A stretch of DNA of 64,000 bases from Psammoneis japonica (lineage: Eukaryota), in assembly GCA_008632985.1 (NCBI GenBank), contig QPGO01000024.1:310001-374000 (forward strand), given 5' to 3'. This document shows, in pieces, positions 1 to 12,400 of this stretch (within the stretch, counting starts at the first letter, position 1; each line of letters opens with the position of its first letter). Below the pieces are notes generated by a model. It made no database searches. It saw only the letters and a list, made by a program, of their open reading frames with translations, and was not told the DNA's origin. The translations under genes were made by a program, and so were the position numbers.

Positions 1-590
1 GGCAAAATGGAAAGCATTCTTGAGCACATTCTGGCATGTGGGCAGCACTGTCACCAAGAGGGCTGCTCTGCAGAGGAAGAGGGAAACAGGCAACAACATT
101 TTGCAAGAACTGTTTTGTGTCAATGGTCGGGTGGGATGTGGCAGCATCTGGACTTTGATGGAGCATTTGGCGGACAAAGCTTGAGCACAGAGAGTTGTCC
201 ACTCAAGCTCCACAAGTGGCACTTTCCAAAGGTGACACCACACATGGGCCATGTGTTCATGCATCAACATGCCTCAAGCTGCAAGTCACATAAAAAAACC
301 ACCACCGACCTTTCAACCAACCACCATCATGGACAGAACAGGTCAAGAGGTTCAAAACAAGAGCGATTCATTGACTCTCTTCTGGTTCCATGCATTCAAG
401 AGCTTCTTGTCCTTCTCAAATGTTTGTTGTGCATTGTTGTCTCTTTTAATTCAAGTGCAAAGAGGAGTCACTTTTCTTGTTTCCATCTCTTGAGATGTTG
501 TTGGTTGTTGAGTGATGCAATTTTTGTTGTCACATTTTTGGAAATGTTGGCAAACCCGATCACTGCTTGATTGTCAACCCATTTACTGTT
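1..590. other. TpA- and CpG-depleted hypermutated domain D1 (runs off the window start)
   Basis: TA and CG nearly absent, TG/CA abundant; ORF-track peptides are Cys/His-rich and lack Tyr. Border approximate. Confidence 0.75.
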
Positions 591-1022
591 TTAAGTCTCC
601 ATGGCATAAAATGCCATAATTCCAGAGCCCTCAATTGTTTCATCAAACGCAGTGCTTTGAAACACGTCCAACATCAACTCGACTCAGTTGAAATCCCAGT
701 TTGTGGGCGATGAAAAATCACGAATGTCAAACAAATGGCTACTTTCGACATCAAGATCCCCGAGTTCAATCCAAATGTGACGGTACGCCTCACAGCTTAT
801 GGCCATGACACATACAAGCATGCCTCATTGTTGTCATCGCGTCGAGTACTCGTATCGAAAATGCCGATAGATCAAAGTTCAGGAAAAGGATGGAATACAA
901 ATTCATTTGTGTATTCATTAGTGGCATTGGCGTAATGATATTTACGGCAGAAGCAATCTAAAATCCTTATTCATCATTGACATTTCTGTATTGCTCAGAT
1001 TTTGAAATCTGACCACTACCGT

Positions 1023-1159
1023 TAAGCATTTAGCTGTCTTTGTATGGAAGTGGAAATGACACTTAAGTATTTACACTAACCATTTAGCTTTCTTTGTGTC
1101 GAAGTGGAAATGACACTTAACGATTTACACTAACCATTTAGCTTACTTTGGCTCGAAGT
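1023..1159 (+). repeat. 54-bp tandem repeat, about 2.5 copies (TAACCATTTAGCT..CTTTG..GAAGTGGAAATGACACTTAA..ATTTACAC)
   Basis: Units start at 1023, 1077 and 1131. Confidence 0.9.
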
Positions 1160-1225
1160 CAGACAAAGAGATTGGGCTATGGGCTTATCGTTAACCAGCC
1201 ACGAGCATGAAATCTTTACCGCAAA
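1131..1225 (+). repeat. Dispersed repeat; inverted homolog at about 24515-24670
   Basis: Shared blocks AACCATTTAGCTT, TACTTTGGCTCGAAGT, TGGG.TATGGGCTT and AGCCACGA.CATGAAATCTTT.CCGC match the reverse complement of 24515-24670. Confidence 0.8.
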
Positions 1226-1329
1226 AAGAGGTTTTCAAAAGGTCCCCGATGACGGCAAGACGAAATTGTGGCACTGTAAGTAAGTAAGTGGCAATTAAGT
1301 AAAGTGGGGCCCTCAGTAAGTTGAAAGTT

Positions 1330-4300
1330 GTTGAAAGCATGTTGGATGTCAACAAAGAGCAGAGAGAAGGTGAGCATTGTTGGCCAATTGGCCTGGGTGA
1401 AAGATGGAATTTCTTTTCACTCCTGAACAATTTTGGTCCCCTCTGCCGCAGGTTCTTGGTCTTTTGAGTTCGATCCATTCGCGGCTCATTCTCTGCCATG
1501 CTCAATTCGCAGAAATTGTCAGGTGCTCCAGACCACGGCAAAATTGATTGAGTGCCGACAATGCCATGTGGCGACATTTCTTGCACAGCTTCCTTCCCAC
1601 ATTGGCATGGCCGGCGACGAAGAGCAGCTTCTCGGGTCTGTCATGAGCCAAATCTTCTGCGAGCCGCGTGGATCAAAAGAGCATGTCCTGGAGGAGTGGC
1701 TGCAATTCAAGGAGGAAGGTGAGCAAAGCAGAGACAATGAGAGCTTTTGATGCCCGTTGTGACAGAGAGCTCCTTCGACAGTCTTGCCGACGTGCTCCAC
1801 GGAGGCAATGTTCAGGTCAGAGCTACGACGGCAGGCCCAGCACAAGGAGAGGATGCCCTGTGGGTGGCTGCACTCTTGGAGGAGTCACCGCATGACAGCA
1901 GCGCGAAGTGGAAGGCAGACAGACAGACAGATGGATGATGACGAAAGGCCGCCCCAGTTCCCCTCATTGTGTTTGGCGGATCACTGGCGACGATGGGATC
2001 AGTTGCGTCGACCCGCCATGGGCCGACAACGCTGAAAACATTGTTTTTGCACACTGGCATGCCTCACACAAATGCCCACAAGCTGTGTGTGGTGCCAACT
2101 GACCCATGGATTGGCTTCACCATCCTGATCAGCCTGCAAAACCATGATGAATCAGCCGTTGCTCTTGGATCTGGATGTGGTCTGCAAGCCAAGGCAATTG
2201 TGCATGATGCCTGTGCTGCTCTCGCCATTTCTGATTTATTCTGTCAGAATGCAAACAACACAGTTTGGTGTTTTGTTTCAGCAGGCTGAGATTTTCTCGC
2301 CACCGCAAACACCTTCTCTGATCACACTGAACTTGGGTGATCTCCGCAAACCAGTTGATCCGGATTGCATGTGATCCACCTTGTTTTGTCTGATCTCAAT
2401 GTCAGAATGCAAGCACATTGTGAAAATGGCCCAATGCCATCTGGGTTTGTCATCCTGAAACTGTCAGGTTGCTCCAAAAAATTGGCACATGCACCGCACC
2501 TTTCCTCTTTTTCCTCCGCCATTGCGGTTTTCAGATCTCACATCTGCCCCTCTTGTGCGCTCATTTTTGTGAATGCATTCTGACAATTGCAACGGTTCCA
2601 CATGAAAAAACTTCATGTTTTGTCATGTTCCGAACACATCCTGTCTTCAATTGTTTGGGAGCAGACATCCTCTCAAAACCACTTTGACCAAATGTCCTCA
2701 CATGAAGTCTGACACTGAATCACACATGTTTTCAGACATGTCTCTCAGATCCGGGAGCTCCCACAAATGTTTGATTCCTGATGCAACCAGCAGATCATCT
2801 GTGTGTTCCATGCTTTTTGTGCAAAAAATCGTGACCACAACTTTCTGAGATTTCAAATCTCTTAGGACGGAGCCTCGTTTCCCTCCATTTCTTTCTGTTC
2901 ATCAAAAATTTCGACCTGCTCCGCGTTGCTCTTGCTGTTCACACAGTGTTGGGGAACAAAATGGATGGAGCTAGATCCGCAGATTTGTTCCCTGTTTTCT
3001 AGCTGCTGTCTCAGCAGCACCACATGAGTGTGTGTGCTCGTGTGTGCCTCCATGCATTGGACATGTCCGTGCACTTGCTGTTGCGACCATTTGGCAGCTG
3101 GCACTGTGTCATGTCATCGGGGTCCAAGCCAAGGTGGTGGCAGGGAATCTGCAATTCCCAATGCTTCTGGTTTGGATCAAATTGAAAATGATGAAGCTGC
3201 GCTGTGTGACAGCTGTGTGTTCGCGTGCTTGCTTCAGGCTCGGTGTGCATTGTGTTGTCCTTCTTTGATGTTGCACTTTCATCACGCCTCACTGTTGAGT
3301 TGCATCTGCATTTGTTTGTGCTCTGGAGGCATTTGCTTCTCTGTTGCATGACCTTGCTGCTGCAAACAGCACAGCGGTTCTAACTGCGAAGCTGACAGGC
3401 ATTGCCACATCTCATGACGGCAACATTTTAGGCACGGAGGACTGCTTTGACAGAGTCAGCAGTTGTTCTGTCTTTGCACCCATGTCTTGCAACCTTGGCA
3501 TGACTCTCATTGAAGAACAAGAAGAAAGCGCCGTTGGCTGTTCAGACACAGATCAACAAAAGTGGCAGCGTCATTTTGGAAGGATTCAAATGGCAGTCAT
3601 CACATCTTGTCTTTCTTTGGAGCCAATTTGTGTGATTCTTGCAAAGCCAGAAAGAGGGAGGCAGGGTTCCTGTGTCACTCATTGACAACTTGCATGGATT
3701 CGCGCATTCTTGAAAGCTCGTGGTTTCTGTCTGATTTGCGGTTTACGCACATGACCAGGTCTGGTGGCAACAAAAGAGTGGTTAGCCCGAGCAGCCTGTT
3801 GTGACTCAAAGTGGACACAGATCATGCTGTTCCAGTGCAAAGTGGATTGACAGCATGTCGTTTGCTCTTGACACATGACTCACTTGAGAAAATGCCACCC
3901 GAGCTTTTTCTCTTTAAGAGAAACTGCCCGATGCAGTCACAGGTCTGTTTTGGGAAGTGCGGAACATGCACACTTGGACTCAAGGTTTGAAGATGAAACA
4001 TGTGTTGAGCGTGCAGCCAAAGTTTTGGAAATTAGAATTGCCAAGGCAAAGGCCCACCATATGAACCAACTGATTGAGCAATTCGGTGCGGGATGACAGC
4101 AATCCATTGTGCCACAACACAACAAATTGCAAAGCACTTGGCAAAGTCCATGCGCAAAGGTGCCTCATTGCCTTGTCAGGGAAACTTTCCATTCTATGCT
4201 CAGGACGACATCAAGCTCCACAGGGCAAACATAATGGCATGAGACTTTCAGCAGGTGCTTGGACTTGCAGAGCAAAGACCAAATCCTTTTGTGGAACAAG

Positions 4301-5870
4301 AGTTTGCCCTTCGTGGGCTTCCAGCCATTGAGCACTTGGGAGCAGCAGGAGATGCCTGCGATGCAATTGATCTTTGTGACAATCGAACATCGCGCCTTGA
4401 AAACTTGCCGCGGCTCACATTGCTGAGCAATTTGATGCTGTCAGGAAAGGATGTCAAGCCCATGGATTCTGCAAATTTGCTGAAGAATGCACCCAAGCTA
4501 AAGCATCTTATCCTTGCATCTCAACCCTGCGCCGCCACTTGTGGCGTCTGGGGAAGCTGCAGAAGATGAGGAATCGCATCCCAAGAAGAAATGCAAAACA
4601 TGATTTGTCATTCTGGGATGCTTTTTGTGGGGAAAATGTCACTCTGGTGGTGCTGTGATTGGCTAAAGCAATTGGACAAATGCAGCTTTGCCAAACTTGT
4701 AAAAAATGCTTTTCAGATTTCTGAGCTTTTCCAAAGAATGTTCTGCATCTGACATGACAACAATGTGGTTGCTGCATCACTGATGCACACACCTGTGTGC
4801 CCAATGTTGGTTCACTTGCCTCACAAGATTCCTTCCAAGACTCAACCACATGCATCAAAAGGTGCATTTCTTGGGACTTGTCATTCACCCACCCTCCTCC
4901 TCTGTCCCTTCAAGATTGACCCCCTTGCCCCCAACTGTGCTCCCCCCAATCATGTGTTCTCCACTCCATTTTTTGTTGCTGCGCAAATCCACTCAATTGC
5001 TGCACATCTTGTGCACCATGATGTCATCTGACCACAATGGCTGCACATCAAGGTCTTTCCACCCAAGCACATCAAGCGCCCCTGCATTTCCTGGATTTCC
5101 CATCAACCCACCCTCCTGCACCTTCAACTCAAAACACCTGAGCAAACAAGAACTGTGGCATTCAATCTTCACACTGCCACAACCACACTGATGCCACTCA
5201 CTCCCATGTGTGGCTTTGTGCTCCTCCTCCTGCTGCTGCATTTTGTGCCATGTTGTGCAATGCAATGCCCCCACACTCCCCATCTTGTCTCACAATTTTT
5301 CAAACTGGCTTCTCCCGCCAGAGCAGCTGCAATGCAACCCACCCCCCCCCTCCCCTCCATGAAGACAATGTCCAAATGCAATGCCAGCTGCTGAGTGGGA
5401 CAGCCCAGGACAACTGGCCTCCCTGAAGAAGACTGGCTGCACCACAAACCTCCTTTGCCACCAACCCCAGCTTCAGCTTTCTCTCAACCAGCGCGCTTCC
5501 TGTGCGCTGTGTGGCAGCTCTCTGTGTCATGCCCTTTGCACTTTGAGCTCCAACCTCACTGCACAGAAAATGCTGCAAACAAATCGTTGCAGACACACTG
5601 AATCAATGCTTTTGCACTGCTTTGTTGTTGCCCCCTTTTCGCAGCTGGTGAGAGCTCTGAGGTGTTTTTGTGGGGCTTGTCTCTCTCACGAGAGTTGCCT
5701 TCTTCTCTCTTTCAGCGTGGCTGCTGGCCGCTCGTTGTCACACACACTGTACATTGAACATGTGATGACATGGCCTGCTTGGTTTCAGCCGTGCCCAAGC
5801 TTGTTGCACCATGTGGCAAGGATTTGTTGTGTGGGGCCCGCTTCCTTGGCATGTGTGAGTTGTGGGTGAC
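1330..5870. other. TpA-depleted hypermutated domain D2 containing degenerate gene fragments
   Basis: Near absence of TA; Tyr-poor, Cys/His-rich ORFs in all frames; includes the U2A' relic. Confidence 0.8.
4239..4520 (+). pseudogene. SNRPA1: U2 snRNP protein A' (LRR) N-terminal pseudogene fragment
   Basis: MRLSA / VLGLAEQRPNPFVEQEFALRGLPAIEHLGAAGDACDAIDLCDNRTSRLENLPRLTLLSNLMLSG matches the U2A' N-terminal LRR pattern. Frameshift after codon 5; conserved Ile is now ACA (Thr). Confidence 0.8.
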
Positions 5871-6059
5871 GCGCAAGATAAACAACGCGCGAATCATCTT
5901 CAAGATCTGGATCTGGATCTGCGAGATCTTTTTTTTTTCTCATTTTGCTATGCGCTATGCCGTTGGCCGTCGGCAACTGGCGATTCGTTGCTATAGTCAT
6001 TTACGAGTAATCTGTTACTCCATCGTCCCAGTCTCTCTTCTGTTATCTGCCCATTTGTA

Positions 6060-6804
6060 GTGATAGCTATCATGTTGATCCCCACTTCCTCTTTTGCTGT
6101 GAGCAAGGCGACGTCGGCGTTTGCATCGACTGCTCTGCCCTCAACATCATGTTACGTCGGAGACGTGTCGACGTCCCTAAAAATGTCCACGACAAAGTCA
6201 ATCGCTAAGTCAATTGTTATTCCTGTCGCTCTATCCATCGTTGGAGGAGGTGAAAGTATCCCCGAGGTATTTTCCCGAGCTGCAAAGAGTCCCCTCGACA
6301 TCAACCGCGTCAAAATGAGGTTGGAAGGCCTCCAAGCGTACGGAACCATTTGCGCCTTGTTGATAAACACCAGCCTTCGACTTTTCTCTTCAACCCCCAC
6401 TGATCCTGATGCTGGGTCGAAAAATTATGCAAGAAAAGAGGCCGTAGCCATGGAAGTATTTGCAATCTGCGTGATTGTGTCTGTTCTTTTTGGATCATAC
6501 ACGACTATTGTCTTTACATTACTTTCGCTGTATTCCAAACGAGCTCTTGGACAGGGGTTGGACAAGCAATTTTTGGACTTTTTTGCCGCAACAGAGAGCT
6601 TGCGAGACAGCGGAATCCGCTCCTTCATTTACTCTCTCGTGTCTCGTGTCGTTTGAGACCGCCTTTGTCTTGTCTCTGTTCTTGAATTACTCAAACCGAA
6701 GGCGGTGGAGGTTGGTAGGAATCGCTGCAGTCATAACCTTGATTTCTTTTTGGAGATGGTCTGCGGTCCTAACTCTTGCAGGCAAACTCCTTGGGCTAGA
6801 ATAG
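6060..6804 (+). CDS. Hypothetical membrane protein, frameshifted by a 7-bp duplication at 6635-6648
   Basis: ORFs 6060..6656 and 6475..6804 join (…YSLVS FETAFV…) if one TCTCGTG copy is removed. Several hydrophobic helices; normal TA content. True start uncertain (first in-frame ATG at 6072). Confidence 0.65.
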
Positions 6805-7121
6805 CACCACCGGGAATCCGACACATGGTTCTACAGACGGAAGAGGAAGAGATTATCAACTGATTCGCAATGACTAAACAAAACTTTACCACGCATGTCA
6901 CGGCATTATAGATCCTTGCTTTATGTAGTCTAATGGCTTTCACTCTAGACGGCAGTATCGTGTGAATTAAAATGGGTTATGAAGCTTGAAGTGTCGCGAT
7001 CTTGCTGCTACGAGCGCGAGACGTCACAAACGAAACATGGAGATAGGAGGAGTACAACAAAGAACACACTGAACACGGTGTATTCATCATTCACAATCGA
7101 GTTAGTTACCTGTACAGTACC

Positions 7122-9239
7122 ATGAACCCTGATTTGCAAAAGGAGCGCGACCAAGCGACGTTCGATGTAGAGCGTATAACAAACCTAGTGGACGGAGGCA
7201 AGGACCGAACAGAGCGACGTCGTCAACTGGAAGCGATTGTTGCTCGGGATCCAACAGGGGTCTTCGACAACACCGACAACGCGTACATACATCGAACCGA
7301 TCGTCATGTTAGGTCTCTTGCCAAACACGTGCGTTTTGTCGAGCTCTGTCGCATGCTCAAGATCGGTGACGAATGCGACGGTCACATGATTCTAAGCAAG
7401 GACTTCTTTCCCATGCTCAACGCGATTGCGGATGATTCGCCTCTCGCCCTCCACTGGGTCATGTTTGTGCCCAACATTATCAGTTTGTGTGACGAAGATC
7501 AAAAAGCAGAATGGCTTCCACTCTGTCGGGACTGGCGTATGATTGGCTGTTACGCTCAAACCGAGCTCGGACACGGCAGCAATGTTCGGGCACTCGAAAC
7601 CACAGCCACATTCTTGCCGGAAAGCAAAGGAGGAGAGCCCGGTGGCAGCTTTGTTATCAACTCGCCGACCCTTACGAGCCATAAGTTCTGGCCTGGGACG
7701 CTTGGACGCACTGCAAACCACGCCATGGTGATCGCTCGGCTCATTGATGGTGACGGTGTCGACCAAGGTATCCACAACTTCTTGGTGCCCTTACGATCCA
7801 TGGAGAACCACAAACTCCTAAAGGGAGTGACGACCGGAGACATTGGACCGAAGATAGGATACAATGTTATGGACAATGGCTTTGCAAGCTTTGATAATGT
7901 GGTCATTCCACGTCGGAATATGGCGATGCGATTTTCACAGGTGGACGAGAATGGAAAGTACTCAAAGAAGACCATGTCAGACGCCACCTCCAAGATTGCC
8001 TACATTACAATGATGCAGGTACGAGCGTATATCATCAACGAGGCCGGCAATAAGTTAGCAATGGCGTGTACGATCTCGACTCGTTACTCGGCGGTTAGGA
8101 GGCAGGGGTTCGATGAAGACGGGAAGAAGGAGTTGCCGGTGCTGGACTATTTTCAGCAGCAACATCGTCTGTTGCCTCTGCTCGCCGCATCCTACTGTTT
8201 CTTCTTTACAGGAAGCAAGTCTCTAGCGCAACTGATTGAACTCGAAAGGCGCGTAACGGCCGACGAAAATGTAACCAAAACGGAAGTGTCCGACAGCCAT
8301 GCTTCCCTCTCCGCCTTGAAATCCTTCACTTCTACAGTAGCAGCGGATGGCATTGAAGACTGTCGCAAGGCATGCGGTGGCCATGGCTTTTTGATGTGCT
8401 CCGGGTTGCCCGAACTGCTCACAACCTACCTTCAGAACCCCACCGTCGAGGGCGACAACCACATGCTTCCTCAACAGGTTGTCAAGGTTCTTCTCAAACT
8501 GGTACAGGCTGTTGAGAGCAACGATGGGGTCGAGGCGTATGCGAACTGTGATTCTCGTCACTTGATTGGATCTCTCCAGTCCATTCTGCATTCTGATTCT
8601 CCTGAGCGCTGTGAGGCTCAAAAGGATCTTGATTTGTGTAATTTCAGAGTCATGATAAAGGCATTTGGTCACCGTGCAGCACGGTTGCTTGTGGAATCTG
8701 CCCAGCAAATTCAAACTGCCGTAGCCGACGGAAAGTCAATGCAGGAGGCGTGGAACGAAACCCTTGTGCGCATGTCTCGCTTTTCTCGTGCCTACTCCAT
8801 TCTACTTGTTATGACCCACACCGTGTCTTCGTTGCAGGACGAATTGCGCCAGGGAACGATTGGTCAGAATGAACTGCGGGTCCTAGAGGATATAGCCCAT
8901 CTCTTTGGGATGTATTGGATGGAACGAGAGATTGGCGATTTTTTGGAGGATGGATACCTTTCGTCCGAGCAGTCTCAATGGGTTCATTCCAATGTTCTGA
9001 ACTTGTTGAAGGTGGTACGGCCGAATGCTGTGGCTCTTGTGGACGCTCGCGACTTTTCGGATTTTCGCCTCAAGAGTGCCCTTGGGCGCAATGATGGGGA
9101 TGTTTACCCTGCAATTATGGAAGCAGCGCGACGTGATCCACTCAATCAATCTGAGCCTGGGCCTGGCTACGAACAACACTTGAAGCGGCTCATCGTGGAC
9201 GGTGTAGGTGTTTACACTGGAACGGCCTCAAGGCTCTAA
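7122..9239 (+). CDS. ACOX1: Peroxisomal acyl-CoA oxidase
   Basis: 705 aa; GCYAQTELGHGSNV, KFWPGTLG, CRKACGGHG, TVEGDN motifs; C-terminal PTS1 SRL. Confidence 0.97.
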   Translation: MNPDLQKERDQATFDVERITNLVDGGKDRTERRRQLEAIVARDPTGVFDNTDNAYIHRTDRHVRSLAKHVRFVELCRMLKIGDECDGHMILSKDFFPMLNAIADDSPLALHWVMFVPNIISLCDEDQKAEWLPLCRDWRMIGCYAQTELGHGSNVRALETTATFLPESKGGEPGGSFVINSPTLTSHKFWPGTLGRTANHAMVIARLIDGDGVDQGIHNFLVPLRSMENHKLLKGVTTGDIGPKIGYNVMDNGFASFDNVVIPRRNMAMRFSQVDENGKYSKKTMSDATSKIAYITMMQVRAYIINEAGNKLAMACTISTRYSAVRRQGFDEDGKKELPVLDYFQQQHRLLPLLAASYCFFFTGSKSLAQLIELERRVTADENVTKTEVSDSHASLSALKSFTSTVAADGIEDCRKACGGHGFLMCSGLPELLTTYLQNPTVEGDNHMLPQQVVKVLLKLVQAVESNDGVEAYANCDSRHLIGSLQSILHSDSPERCEAQKDLDLCNFRVMIKAFGHRAARLLVESAQQIQTAVADGKSMQEAWNETLVRMSRFSRAYSILLVMTHTVSSLQDELRQGTIGQNELRVLEDIAHLFGMYWMEREIGDFLEDGYLSSEQSQWVHSNVLNLLKVVRPNAVALVDARDFSDFRLKSALGRNDGDVYPAIMEAARRDPLNQSEPGPGYEQHLKRLIVDGVGVYTGTASRL

Positions 9240-9448
9240 GAGAGTACGCTCTCTATGTTGCTTGTGTTTGAGTTACTGTGTTTCTAGAGAAAGAGGGTAA
9301 AATTTATCTCAAAATCTATTTTCATTACTCTCTACTAGAGTAGAACATCCGCCACTCCGACGCTACCATCCCATTGTGCCGCCAATCTTGCACGTGCGGT
9401 TTGTAAACGCGATTAAAAAACACTTTGAGGGAAAGCAACGCACACCGC

Positions 9449-12400
9449 TCAGGCTCGTTGCTTGAAAACTCCTTCCATTTCGCCATTGATGCCACGGCCA
9501 GCATAAGTATTTCTTCGTGGGGTGGAGTAAGCGATTTCTACTCCATCAAATCCTCGCTCGTATTCGTCATCATCACACGTCGAATCGTGCTCCGATTCAG
9601 AATCACCGTAGCCCCACGAATTACTTCGTCTCGGGCCTTTCTTTCCATCAAGTTGGTCAAGGGATTTTAACTGCTGCGCTAACATCTGAATTCTGCGACG
9701 AGGTTTCAAGTTGGTTGCACCATCTTGCATCTCCAGCCGGGCAAGGCAATCATCTATGGCATGAACAACACTGTAATGTAACTTAATCATCACACAGTGC
9801 TGATATGCAGCCACGGAACCACCTTGAAAGTATCTGTGAAGGTCATTTAAGCTTTGATTCCGAAATAGCTGCAAGATGAAGCAACGGCGACAAAGGACAA
9901 AGGAGTAAGATCCAGAAAGAAGAATGGTCCAACGCAAGACGAGAGCAATAAATGAATGACTCACCTTAAAATAGTCAACCAACTGAACTTGCGGAACAAT
10001 TGTCGTCGTTCCTTCGTACTGCTGTGTCATGAGAGTCGACGTGAAACCGACAGCTGCCTCAAGATCGTTGAGAAAGTGGAATTTTGCCTTCATATCCAAC
10101 TTTAAGTACTTTTCGAGCGCACTAAGCAAGAAGCCGCCTCGCCAAGAATGTAATTGCTTCCCGCTTGACCACCTACTAGGTTGGCCAACGGCACCCTTTG
10201 TGTTGTAGAAAAAGGGGACAATGTGAGGATTGCATTGCGCCGCAAGGAAAAACTGGCAGTTCAACATTTCTGCCAAGCCTGACGTGGGAATGTCCTGCTC
10301 GATGGACCCATCCCAGTAAAGCTGGTCTTTATTTGCTGACTGGTCGCGTACGATACCGTTGGAGTCTTTCACTTTTAGCATTACGGGTGGAATGAAACCC
10401 GGAACAGCAGCGCTTGCCACTACCGCTGACGCTATAACTACGTTCGGCGCCGAGACGTGGTTAAGCAACACAGGCGGGGCTTTCTTTGTTGTTGCCGACA
10501 ATGTAATACAAAACACACGCCCAGTCTTCTTGTACGCCTCTTCAAAGGTGAGAGATCCGCAGGTGAACCTTAGAATACCGCAAAAGAGTCGTTAGCTGTT
10601 CCCGCGCGTACTTATAAAAAAAAATATTCGGGAAATATTCCTGGCTTCTTACCACTGTATCATGTCCATCCACTCTTGGGTCTCGAACATGTTACCAGTT
10701 TTGATGACAGATCGAATACGATCAGGCCAACTCCTCGAAAAACACTTGAGCTTGTCTACTAGAATTTCCGGGACCATGTCTCGTTTTAATTCTTCCGCAG
10801 TCCTCGTGCAAACCATGGCTGCTATCGCACTACCCGCAGATGTCCCTGATATAATGTGGGGTAGACAATCTTCCTCCAAGAGTGCCTTGATGTGGCCAAA
10901 ATGATAATTACCCATCATGGCACCCCCACTGAGACAGAGGGCTGTCCTGCCATAAGCCGCACGGGCCCGCTTCAAAAATGTAATAACCTTTTCACGATGA
11001 ATGGTTGGTAGCATGGTCGGGGAGGAATCAGACGAATGCGAATCTACAGAAGAAGAGGGAGTTATTGTCGGGACAGAAGAAGAATTCTTGATTGGTGGGT
11101 TGGAAGTGAGTGCACCGTCACTCTTGACCGTCTTCATAAGATGACCTTTTTGTTTTTCAACTCCAAACGACAAGGTTGCCCAAGAGATGAGTGAGCCCCA
11201 CATCTTGTTCATGAGAGCAGAATCATACGTGTAAGAGGCACCAAGAAAAAGGCGAAGGTTAATCAAGGAAAGTTCGAGTGCACGAAAAACACCTTACCTT
11301 GTTCTTTTCTTGCTGACTCTTCTTTCGCAAACGTTCTTCGTACTCGATTTATCCGTGTCGGGCAGCTGTGTATCTGTCGGGATTTTACTGGCCTCTTCTG
11401 CTACCCACTGAAGAGTTGCGACGACTTCCTCGATGAATTCTTGCACAATATGCTTTGGCTCACCGGTATTCGTGAACGAGAATTGTTCTTCGCTCATCAC
11501 TCCACCGACATTCTTTCGAGTACACTGTTGCAACACGGCGAGTGCCAAGACCGAATCATTTCTTCGTCGAGCATCTCGCATATCGTTCATGAGCTCTTGG
11601 ATAAATGACCAATTGTAGCGATAGAATGAATCGTCGTGAATGTCCTCTTGCCACTTATCGCGTCCCTGGGATACGTCCAGGGCTCTCGCAATCTCATACC
11701 ATTCGTCATATGATTTTGCACGAGCCATTTGCCTCCGCAAAGCACGATGCTTGGAATTGGCAAAGATGGTTTCCACCACCCGTATAAAGAGACGAATCAC
11801 AACGTATACAATGAGTTCGACCGTAATCATAAAGTAGGTGAGGCCTAAAATGGGCCACCGCAACAATCTTCCAGAAAACTCGTGCAATCGACCAGGAATG
11901 ATTGTGCAAAACACAATCAAAAGCAAAAGACCACCACAAGACCTCCAAAGAAATACCCCCAGCTTCCAGTCCATGAGTGGCCACGTCCGATTGAACCACG
12001 AAACCCACGTCTGTGGATGTGAATAGGTTGTAAGATCTGCGATTAGTGCTTCGTTCATCTTCAACAGTTCAGCGGCGCTTATATGTCCGTCCTGGTCTGT
12101 GTCAAAATGTCGCATCAGGAATTCCGTAAGCGTTGAATTCGACGTTCCACTTCGAGCTTGTTCCCACAAGGCCACGAGTTTGTTGCTGCCCCCGTCGATG
12201 CCATGAAAAGGAGATTTCCAATCGTAGTTTTCCTCCTCAAGCCAAGAAGGAAGCAAAAAGTGTATGATTTTGGTGGAGGCTTTCGACGCCAGCTCTTTCA
12301 AGTCTGCCCCTATCCGACTGAGTAACAGTGGGAGAGACGCTAGAATAGCAGGAAAAAGGTTGTGCGCATAAAATTCATATACAGAATCAGCCGTCAGCTC

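Noticed and set aside
7..570. 187-aa ORF and the many similar Cys/His-rich ORFs in D1-D7
   Set aside because: No recognisable domain; they overlap in all frames and are explained by loss of TA-containing stop codons.
1023..1159. CRISPR-like appearance of the 54-bp array
   Set aside because: The whole unit repeats with no unique spacers; eukaryotic context and no cas genes.
1433..4100. Protein-like fragments at about 1500-1900 and 3340-4090
   Set aside because: Probably decayed genes, but I cannot assign a family or reliable boundaries.
5785..6000. SRVVYL resembling an RRM RNP2 motif (Nop15-like)
   Set aside because: No RNP1 or further similarity follows.
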